Positions 22,818 to 32,703 of a stretch of 64,000 nt of DNA are shown here, piece after piece. Source of the stretch: Candidatus Eiseniibacteriota bacterium (lineage in GTDB: Bacteria; Eisenbacteria; RBG-16-71-46); contig CAVZLN010000003.1 in assembly GCA_963776245.1 (NCBI GenBank), positions 704,001 through 768,000 of the forward strand, given 5' to 3'. A program made the translations under genes and the position numbers. The notes below the pieces were generated by a model, which saw only the letters and a list, made by a program, of their open reading frames with translations, made no database searches and was not told where the DNA came from. Within the stretch, counting starts at the first letter, position 1. Each line of letters begins with the position of its first letter.

Positions 22818-22996
22818 TCGTCTTCTCACGCGATGACAGGCCCGCAGGCGGCGGCACGCCACGTGCGATGCCCGACCGCGGGACCGGGTGGTGGACGAGT
22901 GGAGCGGAGCCCCGAAGGTCCCGGCGGCCACCGGGCGGCGCCGCGGCGCCGCCCACGTCGTCGCGCATCCCGCACACCCGCCTGTGGTGCAGTCCG

Positions 22997-24715
22997 CTAC
23001 CGCACCACCGCGACCTTGGCGGTCGCGCTCTCCCGGCCGCTGGCGTCGCGGGCGCGCAGGAAGTAGATGCCCGCGCGGATCCGCCCGCCCGCCGGCGGCA
23101 GCGCGATGGTGAACGCGTCGCGCCCGCTGCCCGCGGACTCCCGACGTTCGCGCCACACCACCCGGCCCTGCAGGTCGTAGAGCTTGACCTCCAGCGCACC
23201 CGCGATGGCATCCATCACCTCGAACGCCACCTGCGTGCTGGCCGGGTTGGCCGACACCCGCAGCACCCACGGCCCCAGACCCTGCGCGGGCCACCGTGTC
23301 GCGGGGCTCCACCATTGGTAGCGCTGGTCCACGCTCTCGCGCCGCACGCGGTAGCGCACCATGCCGGCCGGCGCGGTGGTGTCGGTCCAGGCCATCAGCG
23401 AGTCGGGCCCGGCGCGCACCCTCGCTGCCTGAACGAAGCCGCCATCGCCATCGGCGCGCTCGACCGCCCACCACGAGCGCGGAGCGGGGGTGGAGAGCGC
23501 CCACCGCACCTGACGCAGGCGGCCGGCGGCGGCGACCTGCGGGGTGTCGGTGGTGGCGGTGGTGTACGAGTGCAGCCAGCGCACCCCACCCACGTAGTTG
23601 GACATCCACCACGCCACCCAGATGTCGCCATTGCGGTCGCGGATCGCGGAGGGCAGGCCGCCGTTCAGTCCCTCCGCCAACTCCACCGCATGGCCGAACC
23701 CCGAATCCGACGGGACGCAGATGCAGATGTTGTCATTGCCCCCCCAGTCCTGGCTGTCCCACACCACCACCGGGTAGTCGTACTCGTCGCCGTCCCGGCT
23801 CAGTTCAGGCTCGAATCCGCCGTGGAACTGGGTCCCGTTGAGGTACGCGCACCCCAGTGACTCCGGTTCGCTCCAGGCGGTGCCATCGAAGCTGGTGATG
23901 CGCACGTGGGGGGCCCAGGGGATCACCCACGCCAGCCACTGCCCGCCGCCCGGACGTGCCCGCAGCCGAGGCCGCTGGGGCCCCGGGTCGGGGATGAGCG
24001 GCCCCTCCTGCCAGTTGTCCCCGCGCGCGATCCCCCACCTCACTCCGATGTCCCAGCCCGCCGCCCACGCCACGATCGCCGTGGTGTCATCGAGTACCCC
24101 GAGGGTCAACCCGTAGTTATTGGTCGGCGCGTGCATCGGCACATTGGTGTAGGGCGTGTCACCGTCGGAGTAGTAGAGCCGCAGCGAATCTGGCAGCTCC
24201 CGAAAACCGCGGTCTTCGACCAGCAGCCAGTGTCGCTGGCGGCTTGCGGCGCCCGCATACTCCGTCACGCCGTAGGATACCTCCGTCACGCTATCCGGAG
24301 CCCAGACGCTGTCGGCCACCACCCTGGCCATGTGCATCGACGTACGCAGCTCGTAGCCAACCGCCAGTCGCGACCACACGAGGTAGGTCAGCCCGGGCGG
24401 GGCCTGCACCGGCCACAGCGCTCCGGTGCCACGACCCAGACTCCAGGTGCGCCGCCAGGTGCTGTCGGACCATCGGTAGCCGAACGCGTCCTTCGCCCCG
24501 CCGGGGCCCCTGCGCGCGATGGCGTAGAGCTCGGGGGTGCCGGTCGTATCGCGTTCCAGGCGCGGGGCTGCAAGGTAGCCGAACCCCGGCTCGATGAGCG
24601 TCGTGGCGGCGGTCCAGGCGCGACCGGGAGGGAGCCCATCGGCGCGCGCAACCCCTGCGATCGCCACGGCCGAGAGGGCTACCAGCGCCGCCGACCTCCA
24701 CCTGCGCTGTTCCAT
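22997..24715 (-). CDS. Secreted Trp-rich, beta-propeller-like protein with T9SS/FlgD-like C-terminal sorting domain
   Basis: AAGGAGG SD; signal peptide MEQRRWRSAALVAL...ARA; ANPAS...KLYDLQGR...AGIYFLRA...KVAVVR tail. Confidence 0.7.
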   Translation of the reverse strand: MEQRRWRSAALVALSAVAIAGVARADGLPPGRAWTAATTLIEPGFGYLAAPRLERDTTGTPELYAIARRGPGGAKDAFGYRWSDSTWRRTWSLGRGTGALWPVQAPPGLTYLVWSRLAVGYELRTSMHMARVVADSVWAPDSVTEVSYGVTEYAGAASRQRHWLLVEDRGFRELPDSLRLYYSDGDTPYTNVPMHAPTNNYGLTLGVLDDTTAIVAWAAGWDIGVRWGIARGDNWQEGPLIPDPGPQRPRLRARPGGGQWLAWVIPWAPHVRITSFDGTAWSEPESLGCAYLNGTQFHGGFEPELSRDGDEYDYPVVVWDSQDWGGNDNICICVPSDSGFGHAVELAEGLNGGLPSAIRDRNGDIWVAWWMSNYVGGVRWLHSYTTATTDTPQVAAAGRLRQVRWALSTPAPRSWWAVERADGDGGFVQAARVRAGPDSLMAWTDTTAPAGMVRYRVRRESVDQRYQWWSPATRWPAQGLGPWVLRVSANPASTQVAFEVMDAIAGALEVKLYDLQGRVVWRERRESAGSGRDAFTIALPPAGGRIRAGIYFLRARDASGRESATAKVAVVR

Positions 24716-24948
24716 GGGGGCGCTCGCCTCCTTCGCATCGAACGGGCTCCGCACCCGAAGTGGAGGGCGGCTGACGGATGCGAATGCGCCGTCGACAAGA
24801 TGGATTCTACCCGCCAGCGCCGCGGCGGGGGAAGCGATGCGTTGATGCCCGTGGACAGGCGACGCCCCAGTTCGATCCGCTGGCAATGAACCCGGAAGTG
24901 CGACCGGCGGTCTTTGAAGTGCGTGGACGACGTGCGCGGCGAGGGTCT

Positions 24949-25995
24949 TCAGCCGCCGTTGCGACGGCGGTCGAGGGCCTCGAGGCGCTCGAACGCCGCG
25001 AACAGCGCGAGCGCCAGCACCCCGGCGCCGAGCGCCGCCTGCGAGCGCGGCAGGCGCGCGAGCGCCACCGCGGCGACTCCCAGCCCGGCCGCCAGCGCCC
25101 ACAGCACCAGCAGCGCGCGCCGCGGCGAGAGCCCGAGGCGCAGCAGCCGGTGGTGGACGTGCCCCGAGTCGGCGCGGAACACCGGCTGCCCGCGCAGCGC
25201 GCGGCGGATGAACGCGCTCACGCTGTCGACCATCGGCACGCCCATGGCGACGAGCGGGAACATCAGCGTGACCGCGGCGGTGCCCTTGCGATTCTCGAGC
25301 AACGCGGCGGCGGCCAGGACGAGCCCCAGGAACTGGCTGCCGGTGTCCCCCATGAACACCTTCGCGGGCGGGAAGTTGAAACACAGGAAGCCGGCATTCG
25401 CTCCCACCAGCAGCGAGGCGATGAACATCACGTAGAAGTCGCCGTGCTGCCGGGCCGCGAACCACAGCGTGGCCGAGGCGAACAGCACCACGCCCGCGGC
25501 GAGGCCGTCGAGGCCGTCGATCAGGTTGATGGCGTTGGTCACCAGCACCACCCACGCCACGGTGAGCGGGACGTTGAACACGCCCGAGGGGAGCGGGGCG
25601 CCGAACGGGTTCGTGAGCACGGGAACGCCGTAGCCGAACTGCACCAGCACCATCCCGGCGCACGCCTGCACGCCCAGCTTGGCCAGCCAGTGCGCGCCGC
25701 GCAGGTCGTCGACGACGCCCAGCGCCAGCATGGGCACCGCGGCCAGCGTGAGCCCGAGCAGCGGCTGCGCCTCGAGTTGGAACGCGGGCCCCGGCAGCAC
25801 GCGCGCCAGCCATGCCACGCCCAGCACCGCGGCGGCGAGTGCGAGGCCCCCCATGGTGGGCACCGGGGTGCGATGGATCCGCCGCGGTCCCGGGTGGTCC
25901 ACCGCGCCGGCGCGTCGCGCCAGCGCCATCACCACCGGGATCAGCGCGAGGGTGGCGATCCCGGTGGCGAGCGCGAGCAGGAGGGAGTAGGGCAC
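24949..25995 (-). CDS. Undecaprenyl-phosphate GlcNAc-1-phosphate transferase (WecA/TagO, MraY superfamily)
   Basis: PTMGG, LGVVDD, NAINLIDGLDGL, FMGDTGS, HVHHRLL. Confidence 0.9.
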   Translation of the reverse strand: MPYSLLLALATGIATLALIPVVMALARRAGAVDHPGPRRIHRTPVPTMGGLALAAAVLGVAWLARVLPGPAFQLEAQPLLGLTLAAVPMLALGVVDDLRGAHWLAKLGVQACAGMVLVQFGYGVPVLTNPFGAPLPSGVFNVPLTVAWVVLVTNAINLIDGLDGLAAGVVLFASATLWFAARQHGDFYVMFIASLLVGANAGFLCFNFPPAKVFMGDTGSQFLGLVLAAAALLENRKGTAAVTLMFPLVAMGVPMVDSVSAFIRRALRGQPVFRADSGHVHHRLLRLGLSPRRALLVLWALAAGLGVAAVALARLPRSQAALGAGVLALALFAAFERLEALDRRRNGG

Positions 25996-25999
25996 GGGG

Positions 26000-26854
26000 T
26001 CAGCGTTTCAGCGCGTTCGCGGCCATCATCAGGCCGGCGCGCGCGAGGATGAGCACCTCGGCGATCCCGCGCACCAGCGGGTTCGACGGATGGTACTTGC
26101 GGAAGTAGTGGATCATCCCGCGATGGCGCTCGAGGATCACCTTGTTCGCGGTCCGGCGCCGGCTGGCGCCGATGTGGTGGACGACCACGGCGTCGGGCAC
26201 GTAGGACACGCTCCAGCCCGCCAGGTTCATGCGGCGGCACCAGTCCACGTCCTCGTTGAACATGAAGAACGCCTCGTCCAGCGGCCCGACCGCGTCGATC
26301 GCCGCGCGCCGCACCATCATGCACGCCCCCGACACCCAGTCCACGTCGCGCTCCGTGGCGTGGTCCCAGTCCGACAGCAGGTAGCGGCGCGAGAACGGAT
26401 TGCCGGGGAACAGCCGGGTGAGCAGCGAGTAGCGGTTGAACAGGAACGCGAACCCGTCCGGGTAGCCGCGCGCCGAGTACTCGAGCGAGCCGTCGGGGTT
26501 GAGGATGCGCGGGGCGGCGATGGCGGCGCGCGGGTGGGCGCGCAGGTAGGCCAGCAGCGCGGGGACCGCTCCCGGGCGCAGCTCGCAGTCCGGATTGAGC
26601 ACCAGGACGTGCGCCGCGCCGGTCGCCCGCAGGCCCTGGTTCACGGCCCTGGCGAAGCCCACGTTCTCGGCGTTGGCGATCAGGCGCACCCCGGGGAAGC
26701 GCGCCGCCAGCGCCGCCGCCACCCCGTCGCCCGACGCGTTGTCCACCACCACGCACTCGGTCTCCAGGCCGGCGGATTCCCGGGCCAGGCCTGCGAGACA
26801 CGCGAGCAGGGGGTCGAGCGACTGGTAGTTGACGATGACGGTGGCGAGTTCCAT
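26000..26854 (-). CDS. Glycosyltransferase family 2 (WbbL-like)
   Basis: VIVNY, VVDNASGD, NVGFARAVNQG, LNPD, WVSGAC, FMFNEDVDWC. Confidence 0.9.
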   Translation of the reverse strand: MELATVIVNYQSLDPLLACLAGLARESAGLETECVVVDNASGDGVAAALAARFPGVRLIANAENVGFARAVNQGLRATGAAHVLVLNPDCELRPGAVPALLAYLRAHPRAAIAAPRILNPDGSLEYSARGYPDGFAFLFNRYSLLTRLFPGNPFSRRYLLSDWDHATERDVDWVSGACMMVRRAAIDAVGPLDEAFFMFNEDVDWCRRMNLAGWSVSYVPDAVVVHHIGASRRRTANKVILERHRGMIHYFRKYHPSNPLVRGIAEVLILARAGLMMAANALKR

Positions 26855-26898
26855 GCGGTGGCGAGAGGTGAGCGACGGGTCCGCGGCACGCGAGTCTA

Positions 26899-27399
26899 TC
26901 ACCTGGTCGTGTCGGGAGACACGGCCTCCGGGGGAGGCAGGGCGCGGCCGAGCGCTTCGCTCAGCCATGCGCGCAGGCGGGCGGTGTGGGAGCCCTCCCA
27001 GTACCACTTGCCGCACTCCGGGCAGTGGCGCAGGTGGTGCGCGCCCCGCAGCACCCGCCCCGGCACCTCGCCGCTGGCCTCGAACGCGAGCCGCCGCTGG
27101 AGGGCAGCATTGCACGCCGGGCAGCGGCTGAACGGCTCGCCGGCCGCCGCGAACGCCGCGTCAACGACGCGCACCGCGGCCGCGGCGTCCGCCCGGGGCA
27201 CGCGCAGGGCGGGCAGGTCGGCGAAGCGGCGCGGGTGGCGCGCGCTCAGGGTGAGCACGGTGCGCGCCTCGCGGCGCGCGACCTCGAACAGCTCATCGAG
27301 CCGCGCGCCCCGCACCACGACCACGTCATGCCCGAGCACCCGCAGCCGGCGGGCGACGAACTCGAGCGAGGAGTCGGTGACGAAGCGCGCGACGAGCAT
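26899..27399 (-). CDS. Mut7-C RNase (PIN-like + zinc ribbon) domain protein
   Basis: ARFVTD...ARRLRVLGHD; SRCPACN; CPECGKWYWEGSH. Confidence 0.85.
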   Translation of the reverse strand: MLVARFVTDSSLEFVARRLRVLGHDVVVVRGARLDELFEVARREARTVLTLSARHPRRFADLPALRVPRADAAAAVRVVDAAFAAAGEPFSRCPACNAALQRRLAFEASGEVPGRVLRGAHHLRHCPECGKWYWEGSHTARLRAWLSEALGRALPPPEAVSPDTTR

Positions 27400-27613
27400 G
27401 GCCGGCACCGTAGCCGCCCGCGGGGAATGGCGACAAGACCGGCGCGGGACGGCGCGGGTCACGGCGATCGCGCGGCACGGCGGTCCGGCGCGGGCCCGCC
27501 GCGGCCGCGCGCCGCCGCCGCCCGGGCGCGGAAGAAAGGCGCAATCGGTTGCCGGGCATCCGCTTGAGGTGTTCGGGTTGACCGAGGGAGCGCGCTGGGC
27601 CACCCTCCGCGAC

Positions 27614-28813
27614 ATGGATCGAGGCTATCGAAGTGGGATGAGGGAGTCGACGGCAGCCGCGGACTCCCCGCCCGTCCGGATCGGCCGTCGCCGGTTCGTC
27701 GTGACTGTCGCCGGGGCCGCCGCCTACGTGGCGCTGCGCCCGCACCTCGCCTGGGCCCGCAAGGTCGCCCGGCCGCGACCCCAGCTCCAGCCGTGGACGC
27801 TTCCCGACGCGCCGCCCGCCGGCCTCGAGCTGGTCCGGGCGCTGATCGGCGCCGCGGTGCTCGCCCCCAGCCAGTGGAACTCCCAGCCGTGGCGGTTCGA
27901 GGTCGAGGGCAACACGGTGCGGCTGGTGGCCGACGCCACCCGCGCGCTGCCGGTCACCGATCCCGCCCGCCGCGGCATGATGGTGTCGCTGGGCGCGGCG
28001 CTCGAGAACCTGCTGATCTCCGCGCGCGCCTACGGCCTGCGCCCCACGGTGGACTACCTGCCCTTCGGGGGCGCGCACGGGGTGGTGGCGCAGGTGGCGT
28101 GGACCGGCGGCGACTCGCCGCGCGACCGCGCGCTGTTCGCCGCCATCCCCCAGCGCCGCACCAACCGGCGCGACTTCGACGGACGCGCGGTGACGCTCAC
28201 CAGCAGCGCGCAGCTCATCGCCCAGGCGCCCGAGGACTTCGCGGTGCACTGGATCGACGACCGGGCCGCGGTGCGCGCGCTCGCCGACCTGGCGTTCGAA
28301 GCCGAGCGCGCGCAGGTGCGCGACCGCCGCGCCGAGGCCGAGCGCTTCGCCTGGATGCGGCTGGACGACGGCGATGCGCGTCGGCGCGCCGATGGCGTGA
28401 CGCTCGACGCGCTCGAACTGGGCGGCCCGGCGCACTGGTTCGCCGGGCGCTACTTCGACCCGCGCAGCCGGTTCCTGCGCCTCGGCGCCGAGAGCGCCGG
28501 CAAACACGCCCGCGAGCAGGTGCGCTCGTCGGGCGGGCTCGCGCTCGTCACCGCCACCCGCCGCGGCGAGTCCGCGTGGCTGATGGGCGGGCAGGTGGTC
28601 GAACGGTTCATGCTCAAGGCCACCGCGCTCGGGCTGGCCCACCAGCCGCTGGAGCCCGCGATCGCGAGCGAGCACACGCGCGGCGAGGTGCTCAAGCGCT
28701 TCGGCGCCACCGGCGAGGAGCCGCTGCTGCTGGTGCGCCTCGGCCACGCCAAGCCGCCGCCGCCTTCGGTCCGCCGCTCGGTCGCGCTGGTCTCGACCTA
28801 CCGGAACACCTAG
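27614..28813 (+). CDS. Acg-type double nitroreductase-domain flavoprotein with Tat signal
   Basis: GRRRFVV twin-arginine motif; LAPSQWNSQPWRF, SLGAALENL, RRTNR, LLLVRLG; alternative start 27638. Confidence 0.8.
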   Translation: MDRGYRSGMRESTAAADSPPVRIGRRRFVVTVAGAAAYVALRPHLAWARKVARPRPQLQPWTLPDAPPAGLELVRALIGAAVLAPSQWNSQPWRFEVEGNTVRLVADATRALPVTDPARRGMMVSLGAALENLLISARAYGLRPTVDYLPFGGAHGVVAQVAWTGGDSPRDRALFAAIPQRRTNRRDFDGRAVTLTSSAQLIAQAPEDFAVHWIDDRAAVRALADLAFEAERAQVRDRRAEAERFAWMRLDDGDARRRADGVTLDALELGGPAHWFAGRYFDPRSRFLRLGAESAGKHAREQVRSSGGLALVTATRRGESAWLMGGQVVERFMLKATALGLAHQPLEPAIASEHTRGEVLKRFGATGEEPLLLVRLGHAKPPPPSVRRSVALVSTYRNT

Positions 28814-30204
28814 GCCGCCCCGCCGCCGCTCACCGTCATCTCGGCGATCAGGAGCGTGGGCGCGGCCACCGCGTCGCGGAACTCGAGATCGTTCCCGACC
28901 GCCACCACGCCGCGCAGCATGTCGAGCGAGTTCGACGCCACCGTCACGCCGTCGACCGGGTAGACCTTGACCCCGTTCTCGATCCAGAAGCCCTGGGCCT
29001 GGAACGAGTAGTCGCCGGTCACGCCGTTGAACCCGTACGAGCCCGCATCGTCCATGTAGAACCCGCGGTCGACCTTCGCGAGGATGGCCTCGGGGCTGTC
29101 GGCGCCGCGCTCGAGGTAGAGGTTCTGCGCCCCGATGCCGGGCACCGACGCGTACCCGCGCACCGCGCTGCCGGTGGGGCGCGTGCCCGCGCGGCGCGCG
29201 TGGTAGACGTCGTACAGGAACATCGCGCAGGTGCCGCGCTCGATGAGCACGTTGCGCCGCGTCGCCACGCCCTCGCCGTCGAACGGCTCGGTGCCCGGCG
29301 CGCCCGCGAGCCGGCCGTCGTCCACCAGCGTCACGAGCGGCGAGGCGATCGCCTGTCCGAGCCGCTCGGTGAGCCAGGACGAGCGCTTGATGACCGCTTC
29401 GCCGCTGAAGGCGTCGTGCATCTCGCCGATCCACGCCGCGGCGATGTCGGGGTGCATCACCACCGGCACCTTCGCCGACGCCACGGTGCGCGCGCCGATG
29501 CGCGCCACCGCGCGCGCGGCCGCCGTGCGGGCCGCGGTCTCGGCGCTGGGCAGCTCGTCGAGGCGGCGCTTGGTCACGCCGTAGTACCCGGTCTGCTGGC
29601 GGCCGTCGCGATCGTCCGCGAGCGGCACCACCCACAGGCTCGCGGAGGTCGCCGCCCACGAGCGCACGATGCCGGTGGACGACACGATCGCCACCGCGCC
29701 GTCGTGGCTGGTCACCCCGGCGCCCTCGGTGCGGCGGATGCGCGGGTCGTGGGCGAGCGCGATGCGCTCGAGCTCCAGCGCCAGCTCGATCTTGCGCTCG
29801 GGCGCGAACTCCAGCACCGCGGGGTCGAACAGTCCCAATTCGCCCGCCGGCGGCCCGTCGGCCTCGGCCGGCGTGGCGAGCGCATTGGCCGGATCGGCGC
29901 TCGAGAACCGCGCCAGCGCCACCGCGCGGTGCGCGAGGTCGCGGAGCGCGTCGGGGGCGAGGTCGTTGGTGGACACGAAGCCCACGCGCTCGTCCACGAT
30001 CACGCGCAGCCCGAGCCCGAGCGTGCCGCTCTGCTTGAGGGTCTCGATGGCGCCGCCGTTCACGCGCACGGTGAAGGAGCGCCCGGTCTCCACGCAGGCC
30101 TCGGCCTCGGTGGCGCCGGCGCGCCGTGCCAGCTCCACCGCTCCGGCGCCGAAGCGCTCGAGGTCCGCGGGCGTGTGCGCCGTCCGCGCGGCGGCCGGGC
30201 TCAC
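28810..30204 (-). CDS. pmbA: TldE/PmbA family protein
   Basis: GLRVIVDERVGF, PFDGEGVAT, GFNGVTGDYS, VAVGND; no HExxH; GTGA overlap with the tldD stop. Confidence 0.85.
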   Translation of the reverse strand: MSPAAARTAHTPADLERFGAGAVELARRAGATEAEACVETGRSFTVRVNGGAIETLKQSGTLGLGLRVIVDERVGFVSTNDLAPDALRDLAHRAVALARFSSADPANALATPAEADGPPAGELGLFDPAVLEFAPERKIELALELERIALAHDPRIRRTEGAGVTSHDGAVAIVSSTGIVRSWAATSASLWVVPLADDRDGRQQTGYYGVTKRRLDELPSAETAARTAAARAVARIGARTVASAKVPVVMHPDIAAAWIGEMHDAFSGEAVIKRSSWLTERLGQAIASPLVTLVDDGRLAGAPGTEPFDGEGVATRRNVLIERGTCAMFLYDVYHARRAGTRPTGSAVRGYASVPGIGAQNLYLERGADSPEAILAKVDRGFYMDDAGSYGFNGVTGDYSFQAQGFWIENGVKVYPVDGVTVASNSLDMLRGVVAVGNDLEFRDAVAAPTLLIAEMTVSGGGAA

Positions 30205-31643
30205 GTCGCGGTCCCTCCGACGGTGATCGCGGAGAACAGCACGGTGGGCTGTCCCACGCCCACCGGCTTCCACTGCCCGTCCTTGCCGCACGAGCCGGTG
30301 GTGCCGTCGATCCTCAGGTCGTTGCCGACCGCGTCGATCTTGAGCATGGCGTCGTTGCCGTTGCCGGTGAGGGTCGCGTTGCGCACCGGGTGCGTGAGCC
30401 GGCCCTCCTCGATCATCACCGCCTCGGTGACCTGGAACGAGAAGTTGCCGTCGGCGGGGTTCACCGACCCGCCGCCGAGGCTCTTGCAGTAGAGCCCGCG
30501 CTTCACCGACGCGATCAGCGCCTGCGGCTCGTGCGGGCCGGGCTCGATGTAGGTGTTGGTCATGCGGCACAGCGGGAAGTCGCGGTACGACGCGCGCCGG
30601 CCGTTGCCGGTCGGCCGCTCGCCGGTGAGCCGCGCGTTGAGCCGGTCCCACAGGTAGCCGGTGAGCACGCCGTCCTCGACCAGCACGGTGCGCTGCGCCG
30701 GCGTGCCCTCGTCGTCGACGCGGAACGAGCCGCGGCTGTTCGGCACCAGTCCCGAGTCCACGATGGTCACGCCCTTCGCGGCCACCTGCTGGCCCCTCTG
30801 GGTGGCGCGGATCGAGGTCTGCCTTGCGGATGGTGTCGCCTTCCATGCCGTGGCCGAAGCACTCGTGCACCATCACGCCGCCCCAGCCCGGCAGACCACC
30901 ACCGGGTACGAGCCGGCCTCGGGCTCGCGCGCGGAGAGCAGCGTCACGGCGATGGTCGCGGCCTCGCGCGCCACGGTCTCCGGGCTGCGCTCCTCGGTGT
31001 AGTAGGCGGCGTCCACGCTGCCGCCCGCGGCCGCGAAGCCGCTCTGGCGGTTGTCGCCCTCGAGCGCCAGCGTCGAGACCACGAGGCGCGAGAGGTAGGT
31101 GCGGTCCTCGGCCCACAGCCCGTCGGTGTTGGCGACCAGGAAGGCCTGGGCGGAGTCGCCGAACCCGACCGAGACCTCGCGGATGCGCCCGTCGAGCGCG
31201 CGCGCGGCATCGTCGGCGCGCCCCAGCAGCTCGATCTTCGCGGGCTCGTCGAGCGCCAGCGGCGCGGGCGCCGCGAGCGTGAACGGCGCCGGCGCGTCCA
31301 CCACGCGGAATGCGCGCGCGGGCCCGCCCGCCGCCCCGCCGCGGGCGATGCGGGCGGCGACCCGCGCGGCCTCGCGCAGATCGGCGGGCGCGAAGCCGTC
31401 GGCGTAGGCGTAGCCCGTCTGCTCGCCGACGATGGCGCGCACGCCGACGCCGTTGGGCACCGACAGGGACGAGGTCTTGACCCGGCCCTCGTCGAACGAG
31501 AAGCCGGTGTGGATGGCGTGCTCGGCGTACACGTCGGCGAACTCGGCGCCCTGGGCGCGGGCCAGCGCGAGCAGCTCGACCACCAGTTCGCGCGGCAGCC
31601 GGGCGGAGAGGTCGGGCGGGACGCGCGAGGGACTCGGACTCAT
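30201..31643 (-). CDS. tldD: TldD metalloprotease with two compensating 1-bp indels (~30893 and ~30822)
   Basis: GVGVRAIVGEQTGYAY; GWGGVMVHECFGHGMEGD sits in a different frame between the indels; DDEGTP, GNGRR, RMTNT, CGKDGQWKPVGVGQPT. Confidence 0.85.
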
Positions 31644-31742
31644 GGGGATTCCGTCAGGGGAGAGGGACGCGTCGGGCGGGCCGGAACGCAGCGTATCGGA
31701 GGGCGCGCGCGCGCCGCAACCCGCCGCGCCGGGCGCGCGACT

Positions 31743-31771
31743 TTGCCTCACCCGGCGCGCGCCGCTAGACT
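31743..31771 (+). promoter_or_regulatory. Sigma-70-type promoter of the HMA gene
   Basis: TTGCCT-N17-TAGACT ending 10 nt before ATG 31782. Confidence 0.5.
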
Positions 31772-31781
31772 CGCGGCCCTC

Positions 31782-32132
31782 ATGCGACGCGTGCTCGGGA
31801 ACCGGATCGCCCTCGGGGTGGCCGCGGTGGCGCTGGCCGTGGGCGGGCCGTGGCTGGCGCGCGAGCTCCGCTCCCTGCCCGGCGCGGGCGCGCTCGCCGC
31901 GCGCGCGCACCAGCGCGTCGTCACCCTCGAGGTCGGCGGCATGCACTGCCCGGCGTGCGAGCAGCAGGTCCGCGCGGGCCTTGGCGCGGTGCCGGGCGTG
32001 AGCACCGTCGAGGTGCGGCTGGCCCAACACCGCGCCTACGTCGTGTGCGCCCGGGGCGTCCCCGACACCGCCCTGGTCGGCGCCGTGGGCCGGGCGGGCC
32101 CGGGATTCCTCGGCGCCGTGGTCGCGCGCTAG
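31782..32132 (+). CDS. Heavy-metal-associated (HMA, MerP/CopZ-like) protein with N-terminal anchor or signal
   Basis: VTLEVGGMHCPAC...VPGVSTVEV. Confidence 0.8.
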   Translation: MRRVLGNRIALGVAAVALAVGGPWLARELRSLPGAGALAARAHQRVVTLEVGGMHCPACEQQVRAGLGAVPGVSTVEVRLAQHRAYVVCARGVPDTALVGAVGRAGPGFLGAVVAR

Positions 32133-32178
32133 ACGCGGACCGCGCGGCGCTGCCCCGAGACCGCTCGCGCGGTGCGCG

Positions 32179-32559
32179 TCAGTCTTCCCGGGGCAGATTG
32201 CGGAACGCGCGCACCGAGCCGCCCAGCGCGACCGCGGGCACCGCGAGCAGCAGCAGCGCCACGTGCCACCAGGTCGGAAGTCCGTCGTGGACCTCGACCA
32301 CGGTCGCGATTCCCGCGAGCAGCACCAGCGCCCCGGCGACCAGCGCGTGCGCCACCTCCGCGCGCCGCGCCAGCAGCCCCGTGGTCCAGCCGGCGACGAA
32401 CAGGCATGCGACGTCGTAGACCAGCAGGCCGACGAGCGTGGCGAAGTGATGCTCGTCGAACACCTGAGGGAGCAGGCGCGCGAGGGCGAAGTCGGCGACG
32501 TACACCAGCGCCAGCGCGAGGAGGAGTCCGGCGGCCACCGCGATGAAGCTTCGGGACAT
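32179..32559 (-). CDS. Small 4-TM membrane protein, hypothetical
   Basis: Four hydrophobic helices, PTWWH loop; GAGG SD. Confidence 0.6.
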   Translation of the reverse strand: MSRSFIAVAAGLLLALALVYVADFALARLLPQVFDEHHFATLVGLLVYDVACLFVAGWTTGLLARRAEVAHALVAGALVLLAGIATVVEVHDGLPTWWHVALLLLAVPAVALGGSVRAFRNLPRED

Positions 32560-32703
32560 GGACGGCACCTCGGGGCTGCGGGCGGGCATCGGGGGTGACA
32601 TTCAGGATAGCATCGTCTCGCGCGGACCGGCGAGCGAGGACGCTGGCTGCGCGCGCCTGTCCGGGGGGCGCGTGGCGCGCGGCTATGCTAGATTCGCTCA
32701 CTC

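Noticed and set aside
26899..27399. Toxin-antitoxin or defence module around Mut7-C
   Set aside because: No antitoxin-like partner; stands alone upstream of glycosyltransferases
27614..31643. Nitroreductase plus TldD/TldE as a microcin-B17-like RiPP cluster
   Set aside because: Genes are convergent, the flavoprotein is Acg-type with a Tat signal, and no YcaO or precursor peptide is present
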